A stretch of 64,000 nucleotides of DNA from positions 25,105 to 89,104 of the forward strand of contig JADLCS010000030.1 in the NCBI GenBank assembly GCA_020847075.1, written 5' to 3'. Both the position numbers and the translations under genes were made by a program. Under the pieces are notes generated by a model. That model saw only the letters and a list, made by a program, of their open reading frames with translations. It ran no database searches and had not been told where the DNA came from. Source of the DNA: Gammaproteobacteria bacterium (GTDB lineage: Bacteria; Pseudomonadota; Gammaproteobacteria; SZUA-140). Below, piece after piece: positions 1 to 9,896 of this stretch (position 1 is the first letter of the stretch; each line of letters opens with the position of its first letter).

Positions 1-430
1 GGTTGAAACGGCCGAGGAAGCTGGCCGGCGCGCCGTCGGCCGGGCCCTCCGCCTCGCCCTCGGGGGCGGGCTCCAGCACGTGCAGCGTCCTGATGCAACC
101 CGGGGCGACGCCGACCAGCAGGCGGTCGCTGCCGGCCTGCACGATCACGATGCGCTCGCGCTGGCCCAGATTGATGCCGCCGACCACCCGCAACTGCCCG
201 TGCCCGCCCCCCGGTATACGCCCGAAGCGCCGCAGCGCCCACGCGCCGGCGAAGATCAGCGCCAGCACGGCGCCGAGCCCGGTGATCATCTGCAGCACGC
301 CGGTGAAGGAGACCGCGCTCTTGTGCGCGAGCGCGCTGTCCGCGCCCTGGGCCAGCGCCGCCGCGGGCAGCGCCAGCAACAGCGGCAGACAGGCGCGCGC
401 GACGACATGAAACGGGGAATGACTCGACAT
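1..430 (-). CDS. fliO: Flagellar biosynthesis protein FliO (3' end runs off the left edge)
   Basis: Absent from the ORF track because there is no stop inside the window. Hand translation of the minus strand from the ATG at 428-430 gives MSSHSPFHVVARACLPLLLALPAAALAQG... It has one hydrophobic segment and the block LRVVGGINLGQRERIVIVQAGSDRLLVGVAPG, typical of FliO. It lies directly downstream of fliN. Confidence 0.75.
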   Translation of the reverse strand, partial: MSSHSPFHVVARACLPLLLALPAAALAQGADSALAHKSAVSFTGVLQMITGLGAVLALIFAGAWALRRFGRIPGGGHGQLRVVGGINLGQRERIVIVQAGSDRLLVGVAPGCIRTLHVLEPAPEGEAEGPADGAPASFLGRFN

Positions 431-450
431 GGACGGGTTCCGGCGCGGGA

Positions 451-837
451 TTACTTGAGCTTCCGGACGCGCTCGGCCGCGCTGATGATGTCGGTGAGGC
501 GGATGCCGAACTTCTCGTTCACCACCACCACCTCGCCATGCGCGACCAGCGTGCCGTTCACCGTGACGTCCATCGGCTCGCCCGCCAGGCGGTCCAGTTC
601 GACGACGGAACCCTGGTTCAGCTTGAGCAGATTGCTGATGGATATCTTGGTGCGGCCGATCTCGACCGCCACGGTGACCGGAATGTCCAGGATCATGTCC
701 AGGCTCTTATCGCCCATGGTCCCGCCGGCCGAGTCGTCCTGCAGGTTCTGAAAGCTGGCGCGGGCGTAGTCCTCGCCCTGCCCCACGGCGGCCCCGGCCT
801 CCGCCGCGGCGTCCATCGTTCTCGTTGCATCGGTCAT
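451..837 (-). CDS. fliN: Flagellar motor switch protein FliN
   Basis: C-terminal SpoA/FliN block DIPVTVAVEIGRTKISISNLLKLNQGSVVELDRLAGEPMDVTVNGTLVAHGEVVVVNEKFGIRLTDI. The ATG at 835-837 overlaps the fliM TGA (TGATG); the track start at 840 is a GTG one codon upstream. Confidence 0.93.
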   Translation of the reverse strand: MTDATRTMDAAAEAGAAVGQGEDYARASFQNLQDDSAGGTMGDKSLDMILDIPVTVAVEIGRTKISISNLLKLNQGSVVELDRLAGEPMDVTVNGTLVAHGEVVVVNEKFGIRLTDIISAAERVRKLK

Positions 838-1850
838 CACGCGACTCCTGTGATAGTCATCAGTTGCCTGCCGCGCTGGTGCTGGACCAGCTCCGTAACC
901 TTGATGGCGTTCCTGCCGTCGGAACTGCCGAACACGCCGCGAAACACCGGGATGTCGTCGACCGTCGCAGTGATGGCCTCCGGGATCTCGAGCGGGATGA
1001 TGTCGCCGACCTGGAGGGCGCTCAACTGGCGCATGGTGAGCCGGGCCTCCGTCAGGATGCTGGACAGCTCCACCTCCGCGTGCATGAGCTCGTTGCGCAG
1101 CGACACGGTCCAGCGTTCGTCGAGCTCGACGCGGTCGCTCTGGATGCCCGACTCGAGCAGATCGCGGATCGGTTCGATCATCGCGTACGGCAGCGTGACG
1201 TGAATGTCGCCGCCACCGCCCTCGAACTCGATATGGAAGCTGGAGACCACCACCACCTCGCTGGGGCTGACGATGTTGGCGAAGTTCGGGTTGATCTCGG
1301 TGCTGACGAATTCGATATCGATCCCGACCACCGGATTCCAGGCCTCCTTGATATTGAGGAAGGCCATCTCGAGGATGATCTTGATGATGCGCTGCTCGGT
1401 GGGGGTAAACTCGCGCCCCTCGATCTTGGCGTTGAAACGGCCGCGCCCGCCGAAGAAATTGTCCACGAAACTGAACACCAGCTTGGGATCGACCACCAGC
1501 AGGCCCATGCCCTTGAGCGGCGGCACGCGGATCACGTTCAGACTCGCGGGCATGAACAGGCTGTGGACGTACTCGTTGAACTTGAGCATCTGCACGTTGC
1601 CGACCGCGATCTCGGCGCTGCGGCGCAGCAGATTGAAGAAACTGATGCGCAGGTGGCGCGCCATGCGCTCGTTGATCATCTCGAGCGTGGGCAACCGCCC
1701 GCGCACGATGCGATCCTGGCTGGTGAAGTCGTAGTCGGCGATGTCGCCGGGGACGACCGGCTGGTCGGTCTCCGATTCGACCTCGCCGCTGGTGACGCCG
1801 TTGAGCAGCGCGTCGATCTCGTCCTGACTCAGAATGTCATTGACTGCCAT
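837..1850 (-). CDS. fliM: Flagellar motor switch protein FliM
   Basis: 337 aa. The N-terminus ILSQDEIDALL is the CheY-P binding motif of FliM. Conserved order fliL-fliM-fliN. Confidence 0.95.
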   Translation of the reverse strand: MAVNDILSQDEIDALLNGVTSGEVESETDQPVVPGDIADYDFTSQDRIVRGRLPTLEMINERMARHLRISFFNLLRRSAEIAVGNVQMLKFNEYVHSLFMPASLNVIRVPPLKGMGLLVVDPKLVFSFVDNFFGGRGRFNAKIEGREFTPTEQRIIKIILEMAFLNIKEAWNPVVGIDIEFVSTEINPNFANIVSPSEVVVVSSFHIEFEGGGGDIHVTLPYAMIEPIRDLLESGIQSDRVELDERWTVSLRNELMHAEVELSSILTEARLTMRQLSALQVGDIIPLEIPEAITATVDDIPVFRGVFGSSDGRNAIKVTELVQHQRGRQLMTITGVA

Positions 1851-1856
1851 GGCCGC

Positions 1857-2459
1857 TCACTGCATCACGAAGCTGGTGAAATAGACGGCTTCCGCCCCGG
1901 TATTGCCCGTCTCTTCCTTGAGGATGTTCTGGATCTCGACCAGCGCCTGGTCCCGGATCTTCTGCTTGCCCTCGGCCGTGGTGAGCGAGGCATAGTCCAG
2001 ATTGCTGAACATCAGCACGAGGTTGTTCCGGATCTGCGGCAGATGGGTCTTGACCGCGTTCGCGACCACCGGATCGCGCGTCATCGCCTCGATCTTGACC
2101 TGCAGGTAGCGGATCTGGACCCCTTCGACGAAGTTGACCACGAACGGCTCGCCCAGCTCGACGTAGATGGGCGGCGCCTTGGGACCCTTCGCCGATTTCT
2201 TGTCCTTGGACTTCTTCGATGATTTGGTCTTGGCCTCGGGCGGGGCCTCGTCTTCCGCGCCGTCGTCGGCGGCGACCACCGTGTCTTCCTCCGGGTGGCC
2301 CAGCATCCCGGTCAGCAGCAGCGTCGCGCCCACGCTGGACGCGACCAGAAGGATCGCGAAAAAGACGATCAGCAGGATCTTGAGCACCCCCGACTTCTTC
2401 TTGGGCCTCGGCTTCTCGTTCTCTTCGTCTTCGTTGATTTCCTCGTCTTTCCTTGCCAT
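1857..2459 (-). CDS. fliL: Flagellar basal-body-associated protein FliL
   Basis: 200 aa with a basic/acidic N-terminus, a single TM segment (LKILLIVFFAILLVASSVGATLLL) and a FliL-type C-terminal domain. Position is upstream of fliM. Confidence 0.85.
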   Translation of the reverse strand: MARKDEEINEDEENEKPRPKKKSGVLKILLIVFFAILLVASSVGATLLLTGMLGHPEEDTVVAADDGAEDEAPPEAKTKSSKKSKDKKSAKGPKAPPIYVELGEPFVVNFVEGVQIRYLQVKIEAMTRDPVVANAVKTHLPQIRNNLVLMFSNLDYASLTTAEGKQKIRDQALVEIQNILKEETGNTGAEAVYFTSFVMQ

Positions 2460-2513
2460 CTCGCCCTCTTCCCTTGTGCACGGTGGTCGTACCGAAAGTC
2501 CTGCCCAGATTTA

Positions 2514-2528
2514 GCAAGACACGTGCCA
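2514..2528 (-). promoter_or_regulatory. Sigma54 (RpoN) -24/-12 promoter for fliL operon
   Basis: The minus strand reads TGGCAC-GTGTC-TTGC, a perfect match to TGGCAC-N5-TTGC, about 55 nt upstream of the fliL ATG (2459). An AT-rich tract follows further upstream. Confidence 0.8.
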
Positions 2529-2744
2529 CTGGAAGAGAAGGATTTTTTTACATGAATTACATCATGTTACGAAACTCCTCCGGAGACCTGCCGGCATCTT
2601 GACGCCGGCGTGACCACCCGCGGAACGGCCGCGGCGGAAAGGCGATGACGGCCCGGCCGGGCGCCGGCGGTGGGGAGACGGGAAGGGAAACGGCCCGACG
2701 GGCCGGAGGGACGGCCGCAGAGGGTGGGATGAGGGGGACCGGTC

Positions 2745-4232
2745 TCAGGCGTAGAGATCGACGAGGCCGCGAACCTCGCGCGGCCGGCCCGCGCCCGGAT
2801 CCATCGCCTCGGCCGGAGCGGCCTCCGCGCGCGACGGGGATTCCGTCCCGGCCTGGCGCGCCGGCGTGCGCCCGCCGTCCGACGGGGAATGCTGGGAGAC
2901 ATCGACGTTCACCGCGCCGAATCCCTGCTCGCTCATCAGATCGCGCAGCCGCGGCAGACTGTCCTGCAGGGTCTCGCGCACCAGCGCGTGCTGGCTGGAC
3001 AGCGTCACGCTCAACTGGCGATCGGCGTCCATGCTGACGCGCACCTCGATCGGCCCCAGTTGCGGGGGATTGATCTTCAACTCCGCGGTCTGGATCTGGT
3101 TGCCGATCGCCCAGCGGATGCGCTGGCCGAGCTCCTCGTTCCATTCCGGATGACGCAGCGGCGTATGCAGGGCGGGCCCGGACACCGGCGCCTCCCGGGG
3201 CTGGACGGAGGCGCCGGTCTGGGCGTAGGTCAAGGCGCCGGAATTCGTCGGCACGGCGCCGTCGGGGTCCCGCGCCAGGGCCTGAACGCCGTCGCCACGG
3301 GCCGCGGACGCGCCATCGGCAGACCCGAACCGCGCCAGCAGCTCCTGCAGGCGCGTCCCGCCGTCCGGGTTACCGGCCTGCTCAGACCCGCCGTCGGAAG
3401 ACGGCCTGTCGGTATGCACCGGAGACGAAGCCATCGGCTCCATACGCGCGGCCGCGTCGGGCCGCGGCGCAGTAGCATCGCGCGCCGCTCCCGTTTCCGG
3501 CGCCATGGGCGCGGCGGGCAACACGGCGCTCGAAGCCTGGGAAGTCGTCGATCCGGAGCCGGACGCCGGCGCCGTCACCGCCGGGCCCTGCGCCGGCGGC
3601 GATGCGGCGACGACGGGAACGTCATTATCCTCGGCCACGACCGCGACGGGAGCCGGGACGAGCCCAGCCGGCGGCGCGACAGGATCCTCCGGATCTTTCA
3701 CCGTCACCCGCGGCATTTCGCCGTCCGTACTTTCGACCGGTTCGTCCAGTGACACTACGGGCGACATTACCGGCACATCGCCCGCGCACGCCAGCGAATC
3801 GTCGCCGTCGGGCGTCTCCTCCGCGATCATGGCCTCATCGGCCACGACGGGCGCCGAGTCCACGACCGGCAAGACCTTGCCGTCAGGCGGCAACAACGCC
3901 TCCGTCGAAGCCGGCAGATCGGGGATGAGCCGGTCGATATCGAAGAACGCATCACCCTCCGGATCGGCCGCCTCGGCCCTAGAGACGAGCGTATCCGCGG
4001 GAATCTCAGGAGACGGAATGACGTGAGGCCCGCCCTCCACCACGTCCGCACCTTCCGGCGCGCCGGGCGCGTCGAGCAGGAAATTCATCAGGTTATCGAA
4101 GGAATCGCCCTGCGTCCCGACCTGCGCGGGCGCCGCGACCGGAGACACGCCCTCGTCCGCGCTGCCGCTCTGGGCCGTCGCGCCCGGGGCGCGGACCAGG
4201 GTAGAAAAATCCATGCCTGCGGTTACCGCCAT
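2745..4232 (-). CDS. fliK: Flagellar hook-length control protein FliK
   Basis: 495 aa, Pro/Ala/Ser-rich with low complexity. C-terminal FliK domain (LGPIEVRVSMDADRQLSVTLSSQHALVRETLQDSLPRLRDLMSEQGFGAVNVDVSQ). Lies between fliJ and fliL. Confidence 0.85.
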   Translation of the reverse strand: MAVTAGMDFSTLVRAPGATAQSGSADEGVSPVAAPAQVGTQGDSFDNLMNFLLDAPGAPEGADVVEGGPHVIPSPEIPADTLVSRAEAADPEGDAFFDIDRLIPDLPASTEALLPPDGKVLPVVDSAPVVADEAMIAEETPDGDDSLACAGDVPVMSPVVSLDEPVESTDGEMPRVTVKDPEDPVAPPAGLVPAPVAVVAEDNDVPVVAASPPAQGPAVTAPASGSGSTTSQASSAVLPAAPMAPETGAARDATAPRPDAAARMEPMASSPVHTDRPSSDGGSEQAGNPDGGTRLQELLARFGSADGASAARGDGVQALARDPDGAVPTNSGALTYAQTGASVQPREAPVSGPALHTPLRHPEWNEELGQRIRWAIGNQIQTAELKINPPQLGPIEVRVSMDADRQLSVTLSSQHALVRETLQDSLPRLRDLMSEQGFGAVNVDVSQHSPSDGGRTPARQAGTESPSRAEAAPAEAMDPGAGRPREVRGLVDLYA

Positions 4233-4320
4233 GACTCCCCTCGTTCCGTTGATGCACGCCGACGGACTTGTGCGTTCGGCCGAAATTGCAAGATCCGCGC
4301 CAGGCGAAAACCCGGGCCGG

Positions 4321-4767
4321 CTATTCCTCGCCGCCGATGCCCGGCCGCGCGCGCTGCGCGCGATCGTCGCTCTCGCGCTGCTCGCGGCGCAGCGTGCGCG
4401 AGGTCTCTTCGCGGCGGAAGCCGTCGATGACCTTGTCCAGCGCGCGCCGCTTCGAGCTCACCTCGCTCCACTGACGGTTCTGCTGCTCGAGCTCGCGCCG
4501 GCACTCCTCCAGCAACCGTTTCTGTTGCTGGATCGCCATGTCCAGGCGCTCGGTGAAGCGCCGGTATTCCTTGAAGCGTTCGATCGTTGCACCGCCGCCC
4601 TCCGTCTGGAAGCGATGCTGATACTCGCGCAGGAATTTTTCGAGGTCTTCCAGGCGGCGTTCCTGGGCGAGATAACGGCCCCTCGATTCGCCCAGCAGGC
4701 GCGTCGCCCGGGTCTCCTTGTCGCGCTGCAGGCCGGCGATGGGCTCCAGCCGTTCCGATCTAGTCAT
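4321..4767 (-). CDS. fliJ: Flagellar export chaperone/stalk protein FliJ
   Basis: 148 aa, highly charged coiled-coil (R/E/Q-rich), immediately downstream of fliI. Confidence 0.8.
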   Translation of the reverse strand: MTRSERLEPIAGLQRDKETRATRLLGESRGRYLAQERRLEDLEKFLREYQHRFQTEGGGATIERFKEYRRFTERLDMAIQQQKRLLEECRRELEQQNRQWSEVSSKRRALDKVIDGFRREETSRTLRREQRESDDRAQRARPGIGGEE

Positions 4768-4799
4768 GACCTCCCCTCCCGCTCAGCGTCCGGCCCATC

Positions 4800-6167
4800 T
4801 CATTTCTTCGCCTTCTGCGGGGCGTTCCCGCCCAGCAGTTCGCCCAGGCCGCGCAGGCCGTCGCGGAAGGTGACCCGCTCGTTCAGGCCCTGCTGGAGGA
4901 ACTGCGTCAGACGCGGATGATAGTCGACGGCCTCGTCGACGCGCGGATCGCTGCCCTTGGCGTAGGCACCGACGCTGATCAGGTCGCGATTGCGACGGTA
5001 GGTCGAGTAGAGCTGCTTGAAGCGTATGGCCTGGCGCTGATGCTCGGGGCTGACGACCTCGCTCATGACCCGGCTCACCGAGGCCTCGATGTCGATCGCC
5101 GGATAATGGCCCGCGTCGGCCAGCTCGCGGTTGAGCACGATGTGGCCGTCGAGGATGGCGCGCGCGGCGTCCGCGATCGGGTCCTGCTGGTCGTCGCCCT
5201 CCGCCAGCACGGTGTACAGCGCGGTGATCGAACCGTTTCCGTCGCCGTTGCCGGCGCGCTCGACCAGTTGCGGCAGTTTGGCGAACACCGACGGCGGATA
5301 ACCGCGCGTGGCCGGGGGCTCGCCGATGGCGAGCGCGACCTCGCGCTGCGCCTGCGCGTAACGCGTCAGGGAATCCATCAGCAGCAGCACCTTGAGCCCC
5401 TTGTCGCGGAAATACTCGGCGATGCTGGTCGCGAGCATCGCGCCGTGCAGGCGCAGCATAGGCGGCGTGTCCGCCGGCGTCGCCACCACCACCGCGCGCG
5501 CCATCCCGTGCGGCCCCAGGATGCGGTCGGTGAATTCCTTCACCTCGCGGCCGCGCTCTCCGATCATGCCGACGACGGTGACGTCGGCGTCGGTGTAACG
5601 GGTCATCATGCCCAGCAGGACGCTCTTGCCCACGCCGCTGCCGGCGAACAGGCCCAGGCGCTGACCGCGGCCGATGGTCAGCAGGTTGTTGATGGCGCGC
5701 ACGCCGACGTCGAGCGGCTCGCTGATGACGCGCCGCCGCAGGGGGTTGATCGTGCGGCCGAGCAGGGGATAGCTCTCGTCGGCGCGCACCGGGCCGCGCC
5801 CGTCGAGCGGCTTGCCGGTGCCGTCCAGCACGCGGCCGAGCAGCCCCTCCCCGACCGCAGCCTCGTAGGCCCGCCCGGTGGGGGTAACGCGCGCGTTCGG
5901 TATCAGGCCACGGATCTCGCCGCTCGGCATGAGAAAGGTCTTGTCGCCGGCGAACCCGACCACCTCGGCCTCGAGCGGATGACCGGCGGGGTTGTCGATC
6001 AGGCAGCGGTCGCCGATGGCGGCCTGACAGCCGACCGCCTCCAGCGTCAACCCGACCATGCGTGTGATCTTTCCTTCCACCACCAGCGGCGGCGCGCTCT
6101 TCAGCCCCGCCGCCCGCTCGGCGATGCGGCGGCGCCAGGTCGCGGCGCGGTCGAGCTCAGCCAGCAT
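4800..6167 (-). CDS. fliI: Flagellum-specific ATPase FliI
   Basis: Walker A GSGVGKS, Walker [11 protein letters not shown]1-ATPase-like fold. The start was trimmed to MLAELDR (ATG at 6165-6167). The track ORF extends 74 codons further through Arg/Ser-rich sequence that overlaps fliH. Confidence 0.93.
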   Translation of the reverse strand: MLAELDRAATWRRRIAERAAGLKSAPPLVVEGKITRMVGLTLEAVGCQAAIGDRCLIDNPAGHPLEAEVVGFAGDKTFLMPSGEIRGLIPNARVTPTGRAYEAAVGEGLLGRVLDGTGKPLDGRGPVRADESYPLLGRTINPLRRRVISEPLDVGVRAINNLLTIGRGQRLGLFAGSGVGKSVLLGMMTRYTDADVTVVGMIGERGREVKEFTDRILGPHGMARAVVVATPADTPPMLRLHGAMLATSIAEYFRDKGLKVLLLMDSLTRYAQAQREVALAIGEPPATRGYPPSVFAKLPQLVERAGNGDGNGSITALYTVLAEGDDQQDPIADAARAILDGHIVLNRELADAGHYPAIDIEASVSRVMSEVVSPEHQRQAIRFKQLYSTYRRNRDLISVGAYAKGSDPRVDEAVDYHPRLTQFLQQGLNERVTFRDGLRGLGELLGGNAPQKAKK

Positions 6168-6822
6168 CGCCGTCCTCCTGGCGCTCGCCGCCGAGCAGTT
6201 CCGCAGCCAGCGCCGCGAACTGCCGTTCGACGCTGGCGTCGATGCGCGAGTTGTCCGTCTCCACGCGGCAGCCGCCACGCGCGAGCGCGGGGTCCTCCAG
6301 GATCTTCCAGCCGGACGGCTCCTCCTGCGGGGCGACCAGATGTTCGCGCAGCGTCTCCGCGTCGGCCGGGTTGACGAACAGGCGGACATTGCGCGAGGCG
6401 ACCGGCAGGATCGCGGCGGCGCGCTGCACCACGGCGACGATCTGGCCGGGATCGGTCCTCAGTTCGCGGCGGACGACGTGGCGGGCGATGGTGAGCGCGA
6501 GGCTGGAGACCTCCTCCACCACCCCCTCGTCCAACTGGTGCAGGGGGCGCGCCAGCAGGTTCAGTATCGCCTCGATCCGGTCGGCCTTTTCGCGGGCCAG
6601 CGCCGCGCCCTTTTCCAGTCCCTCTCGCCGGCCCAGTTCGAACCCCTCCTCGTAGGCCTGCTGCTGGATCTCCTCCATGCGGGTCGCGGTGAGGTGGCCA
6701 CCGTGCGGCGCCGGATCTCCCGCCGCCGCGCCGCCGCCCACGCGGGGCAGCTCCCAGCGCTCGCAGGCCTCGGCCGCGGCGCCGCTGATGACCTTAAACG
6801 TATTCTTCTCCACCCTTGCCAC
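6157..6822 (-). CDS. fliH: Flagellar assembly protein FliH
   Basis: 221 aa between fliG and fliI with a FliH-like C-terminal region ([41 protein letters not shown]). The exact start is uncertain. Confidence 0.8.
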   Translation of the reverse strand: MARVEKNTFKVISGAAAEACERWELPRVGGGAAAGDPAPHGGHLTATRMEEIQQQAYEEGFELGRREGLEKGAALAREKADRIEAILNLLARPLHQLDEGVVEEVSSLALTIARHVVRRELRTDPGQIVAVVQRAAAILPVASRNVRLFVNPADAETLREHLVAPQEEPSGWKILEDPALARGGCRVETDNSRIDASVERQFAALAAELLGGERQEDGDAG

Positions 6823-7810
6823 CCAATGCTATGTCGCCGGACTCGGACAGGCGCCGCGCGATGGCGAGTATCTCCTTCTGCGCCGTCTCCACCTCGCTCA
6901 GGCGCACCGGACCCTTCGCCTCCAGGTCGTCGCGCAGCATCTCGCCCGCCCGCTTCGACATGTTCTTGAAGATCTTCTCCTTGAGCGCCTCTTCCGCCCC
7001 CTTGAGCGCGACCACCAGCGTCTCGGAGGAGACCTCGCGCAGCAGGGCCTGGATCCCACGATCGTCCACCACGGCGAGGTCGTCGAACACGAACATGAGG
7101 TCCTGGATCTTCTCGCCGAGCTCCTTGTCGAACTCGTTGATCTGGTCCATGATCATCGACTCCAACGACGAATCCATGCTGTTGAGGATATTGGCGGCCA
7201 CCTTGATGCCGCCGACCGTGGACGACTTGACGTTTGAATTGCCGCGGAACTGCTCCTCGATGACCTGGTTCAGCTCCTGCAGCGCGGTGGGCTGCAGGCG
7301 GTCGAGCACGGCGATCCTGAGCAGCACGTCCGCGCGGACCTTTTCCGACAGCAGGCACAGCACCTCCGCCGCCTGGTCGTTGTCGAGATAGGACAGCACC
7401 ACCGCGATGATCTGCGGGTGCTCCATCTTGACCACCTCGTAGATCTCGTGGGAGTCCATCCACTTGAGTTGCTCGAGCCCGGAGGCCGACCCACCCAGCA
7501 TGACGCGGTTGATGATGTTGCCGGCCTTGTCCTGCCCGAGCGCCTTCACCAGCACGGTCTGCAGGTAGTCGTGCGCGGCCATGCCGAACGAGGTCTCGTG
7601 GCCGACCGACTGCACGAATTCCTTCAATACCGTATTGGCCTGTTCGGTCGAGACCTTCTTCAGGCCCGCCATCGCGGCGCTCAGACGGTGCACCTCCTTG
7701 GGCCCGATGTATTTGAACACCTCGGCGGCGTTCTGCTCGCCGAGGCTCATCAGCAGCACCGCCGCCTTCTCGACCCCGCTGATTTCGGCCGACTGTTTCT
7801 TATCCGCCAT
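6794..7810 (-). CDS. fliG: Flagellar motor switch protein FliG
   Basis: 338 aa, reading MADKKQSAEISGVEKAAVLLMSLGE..., with the C-terminal torque-helix region and the EVETAQKEI motif. Confidence 0.95.
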   Translation of the reverse strand: MADKKQSAEISGVEKAAVLLMSLGEQNAAEVFKYIGPKEVHRLSAAMAGLKKVSTEQANTVLKEFVQSVGHETSFGMAAHDYLQTVLVKALGQDKAGNIINRVMLGGSASGLEQLKWMDSHEIYEVVKMEHPQIIAVVLSYLDNDQAAEVLCLLSEKVRADVLLRIAVLDRLQPTALQELNQVIEEQFRGNSNVKSSTVGGIKVAANILNSMDSSLESMIMDQINEFDKELGEKIQDLMFVFDDLAVVDDRGIQALLREVSSETLVVALKGAEEALKEKIFKNMSKRAGEMLRDDLEAKGPVRLSEVETAQKEILAIARRLSESGDIALGGKGGEEYV

Positions 7811-7825
7811 GGTTCCCGCCCCGCA

Positions 7826-9445
7826 TCACTCCGCCGCCACCCAGTTCCGGACCACCTGCGCCGTGCGCTTGGGGTCCTGCGAGGCCAGCGTGCGCGCCAT
7901 ATTCAGATTGGAATCGTAACCGCCGCCGGCCGCCCCCGCCGGCAGCGCCGCGGGGCGCATCCCGCCGCTCAGGGTCAGTTGATCCTCCGCCATGCTCCCC
8001 TCGCCCTGCGGCAGGGCCTGCGGCGGCGCCTTGCCCTTGGCGGCGAGCTCGCGCAGCACCGGCCGCAGGACGCCGAAGATCAGGAAGAGCACGACCCCGA
8101 TGCCCAGTGCCTGCTTGGCGATGTCCCACACATTCAGCGTCGAGAGCATGGACGGCTCGGGCAGTTCCTCCGGCGCCGGCGGCAGCGTGAACGACTGGTT
8201 GATCACGTTGACGCTGTCGCCGCGCTCGGTATCGAAGCCGATCGCCTCCTTCACCAGATTGGTGATGCGCGCGATCTCTTCCTCGCTCAGCGGCTCGCGC
8301 ACGGTCTCGCCGTCCTCGTCGACCTTCGTGCGGTCGTCGATCACCACCGCGGCCGACAGACGCTTGATCGCCGCCCCGTTGCGCTTGGTGTGGCTGATGG
8401 TCTTGTCGATCTCGTAATTGCGCGTGGTGCGCTGCACCGAGCTGCCGGCCGGTGCCGCGGCCTCGGCCGCCGGCGCCGCGGCGGTGGTCGACGGCGCCTG
8501 GTTCGACAGGCTGCCGGGCACCCCGCCCGACTGCTGGGACGACAGGGTCTTTTCATCGACCGTCTGCTCGCTGCGCACCGCGGGCGGATTCGGATTGAAG
8601 CTCTCCTGGGTCTCTTCCGTCACGGTGAAATCCAGATCGGCGTTGACCTGCGCCTTGACCGCCCCGAGGCCGGCGATCGGGGTCACGATATCCTCGATGC
8701 GCTTGGTGTAATAGGCCTCGATGCGCTTGCGGTAATCGAACTGCGTGGCGGTCAGGCGCATGTCGTCGCCCGTGTCGGGCTGCGTCAGCAACCGTCCCTG
8801 CTGGTCCACGATCGTGACCTGATCGACGTCGAGGTTCGGGATACTGGCGGCGACCATGTGCCCGATCGCGGCGACCTGGCCCTCGTCCAGGCCGCGGCCG
8901 GAATAGAGGTCCACCATGACCGAGGCGGTGGGTTTCTTCTGGCTGCGCACGAAGGCGGTCTGCTTGGGGATGGCGAGATGGACCCGCGCCGCGCGCACCG
9001 AGCTGATCGAGGCGATGGTCTGCGCCAGCTCGCCCTCGAGCGCGCGCTGGTAACGCGCATTCTCCATGAACTGGCTGACACCGAAGCCCTTCTGGTTGTC
9101 GAGCAGCTCGAAGCCGGCGCCGACGCCCTTGGGCAGACCCTCTCCGGCCAGCTTGAGCCGGGCCTCGTGCACCTGGTCGGCCGGCACCATCACCGTGCCG
9201 GCGCCGTCGGCCAGTTCGTAGGGGATGCCGGACTTCTGCAGCGACTGCGTCACGGCGGCCGAATCCTGTTCCGCCAGTCCGCTGTACAGCATGCGGTAGC
9301 TCGGCTTCTGGGACCACAGCACCACCGCCACGCCGATGGCGACGCTGGCCGCGAGGCCCGCCATCAGCCCGAACTGGCGCAGCAGGGGAAGGCCGTAAAA
9401 CCCCCGCGCCGGCATCACCACATTATCCTTCGTCACTACCGCCAT
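7826..9445 (-). CDS. fliF: Flagellar MS-ring protein FliF
   Basis: 539 aa with N- and C-terminal TM segments and the YscJ/FliF lipoprotein-like fold. Position is between fliE and fliG. Confidence 0.93.
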   Translation of the reverse strand: MAVVTKDNVVMPARGFYGLPLLRQFGLMAGLAASVAIGVAVVLWSQKPSYRMLYSGLAEQDSAAVTQSLQKSGIPYELADGAGTVMVPADQVHEARLKLAGEGLPKGVGAGFELLDNQKGFGVSQFMENARYQRALEGELAQTIASISSVRAARVHLAIPKQTAFVRSQKKPTASVMVDLYSGRGLDEGQVAAIGHMVAASIPNLDVDQVTIVDQQGRLLTQPDTGDDMRLTATQFDYRKRIEAYYTKRIEDIVTPIAGLGAVKAQVNADLDFTVTEETQESFNPNPPAVRSEQTVDEKTLSSQQSGGVPGSLSNQAPSTTAAAPAAEAAAPAGSSVQRTTRNYEIDKTISHTKRNGAAIKRLSAAVVIDDRTKVDEDGETVREPLSEEEIARITNLVKEAIGFDTERGDSVNVINQSFTLPPAPEELPEPSMLSTLNVWDIAKQALGIGVVLFLIFGVLRPVLRELAAKGKAPPQALPQGEGSMAEDQLTLSGGMRPAALPAGAAGGGYDSNLNMARTLASQDPKRTAQVVRNWVAAE

Positions 9446-9498
9446 CTCGCCTCCAGAACCCGTTCTTCCCCTGACTCATCCCGATCGGTGTCGCGCCG

Positions 9499-9825
9499 TC
9501 AGATCTGCATGTTCATGATGTCCTGGTACGCGCTGACCAGACGGTTGCGCACCTGCATCATGAGCTGGAACTCTATGCTCGCCTTCTGCGAGGCGATCAT
9601 GACGCGCGAAACATCGATGCCCTCGTCGCCGCGCTGAAACGCCTCCTTGAGAGCGGTCGACTCCTGCTGGGAATCATTGACGCCGTTGATCGCCCGCGAC
9701 AGCACGTCCGAGAAATCGACCCCCGCCGCCCCGGCGCCGCCTTCCGCCGGCGGGCCGCCGGCCGCGGCCGCCATGGATCGCAGCTGGGATATGAGCTGGG
9801 TGGGGTTGATGTCCGTCATGATCAC
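9499..9825 (-). CDS. fliE: Flagellar hook-basal body complex protein FliE
   Basis: 108 aa with the C-terminus [34 protein letters not shown], typical of FliE. Confidence 0.9.
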   Translation of the reverse strand: MIMTDINPTQLISQLRSMAAAAGGPPAEGGAGAAGVDFSDVLSRAINGVNDSQQESTALKEAFQRGDEGIDVSRVMIASQKASIEFQLMMQVRNRLVSAYQDIMNMQI

Positions 9826-9879
9826 CTCTCCTCGCCGCGCCTGCGCGGCCGTGAGCCTTAGTCGTCGATCCTTTGTCTA

Positions 9880-9895
9880 TGCACGTTCCGAGCCA
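9880..9895 (-). promoter_or_regulatory. Sigma54 -24/-12 promoter for fliE-fliF...
   Basis: The minus strand reads TGGCTC-GGAAC-GTGCA with canonical GG/GC spacing, about 55 nt upstream of the fliE ATG and abutting the fleR stop. Confidence 0.65.
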
Positions 9896-9896
9896 T

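Noticed and set aside
4800-6389. N-terminal extensions of track ORFs for fliI. The same applies to fleR 9897-11363, fleS 11291-12553, fleQ 12624-14057, fliS 15239-15904, flgI 28490-29674, flgB 34716-35741, flgA 35158-36192, mod 42940-46050, dinB 49074-50387 and hslR 63476-63937.
   Set aside because: The extensions have junk composition, overlap the upstream gene or promoter, and precede an internal start codon. At that internal start the recognisable protein begins, often with an SD. Starts were trimmed accordingly.
7418-9637. Very long plus-strand ORF (739 aa) antisense to fliF/fliG. Similar long ORFs lie antisense to other flagellar genes: 825-2222, 9873-11342, 16365-17684, 18120-20231, 24040-25155, 25602-27464, 28421-29743, 31676-33565 and 33565-34710.
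   Set aside because: These are shadow ORFs typical of high-GC DNA. Their translations are Arg/Gly/Asp/His-rich low-complexity strings with no motifs, whereas the opposite strand encodes unmistakable flagellar proteins in every case.
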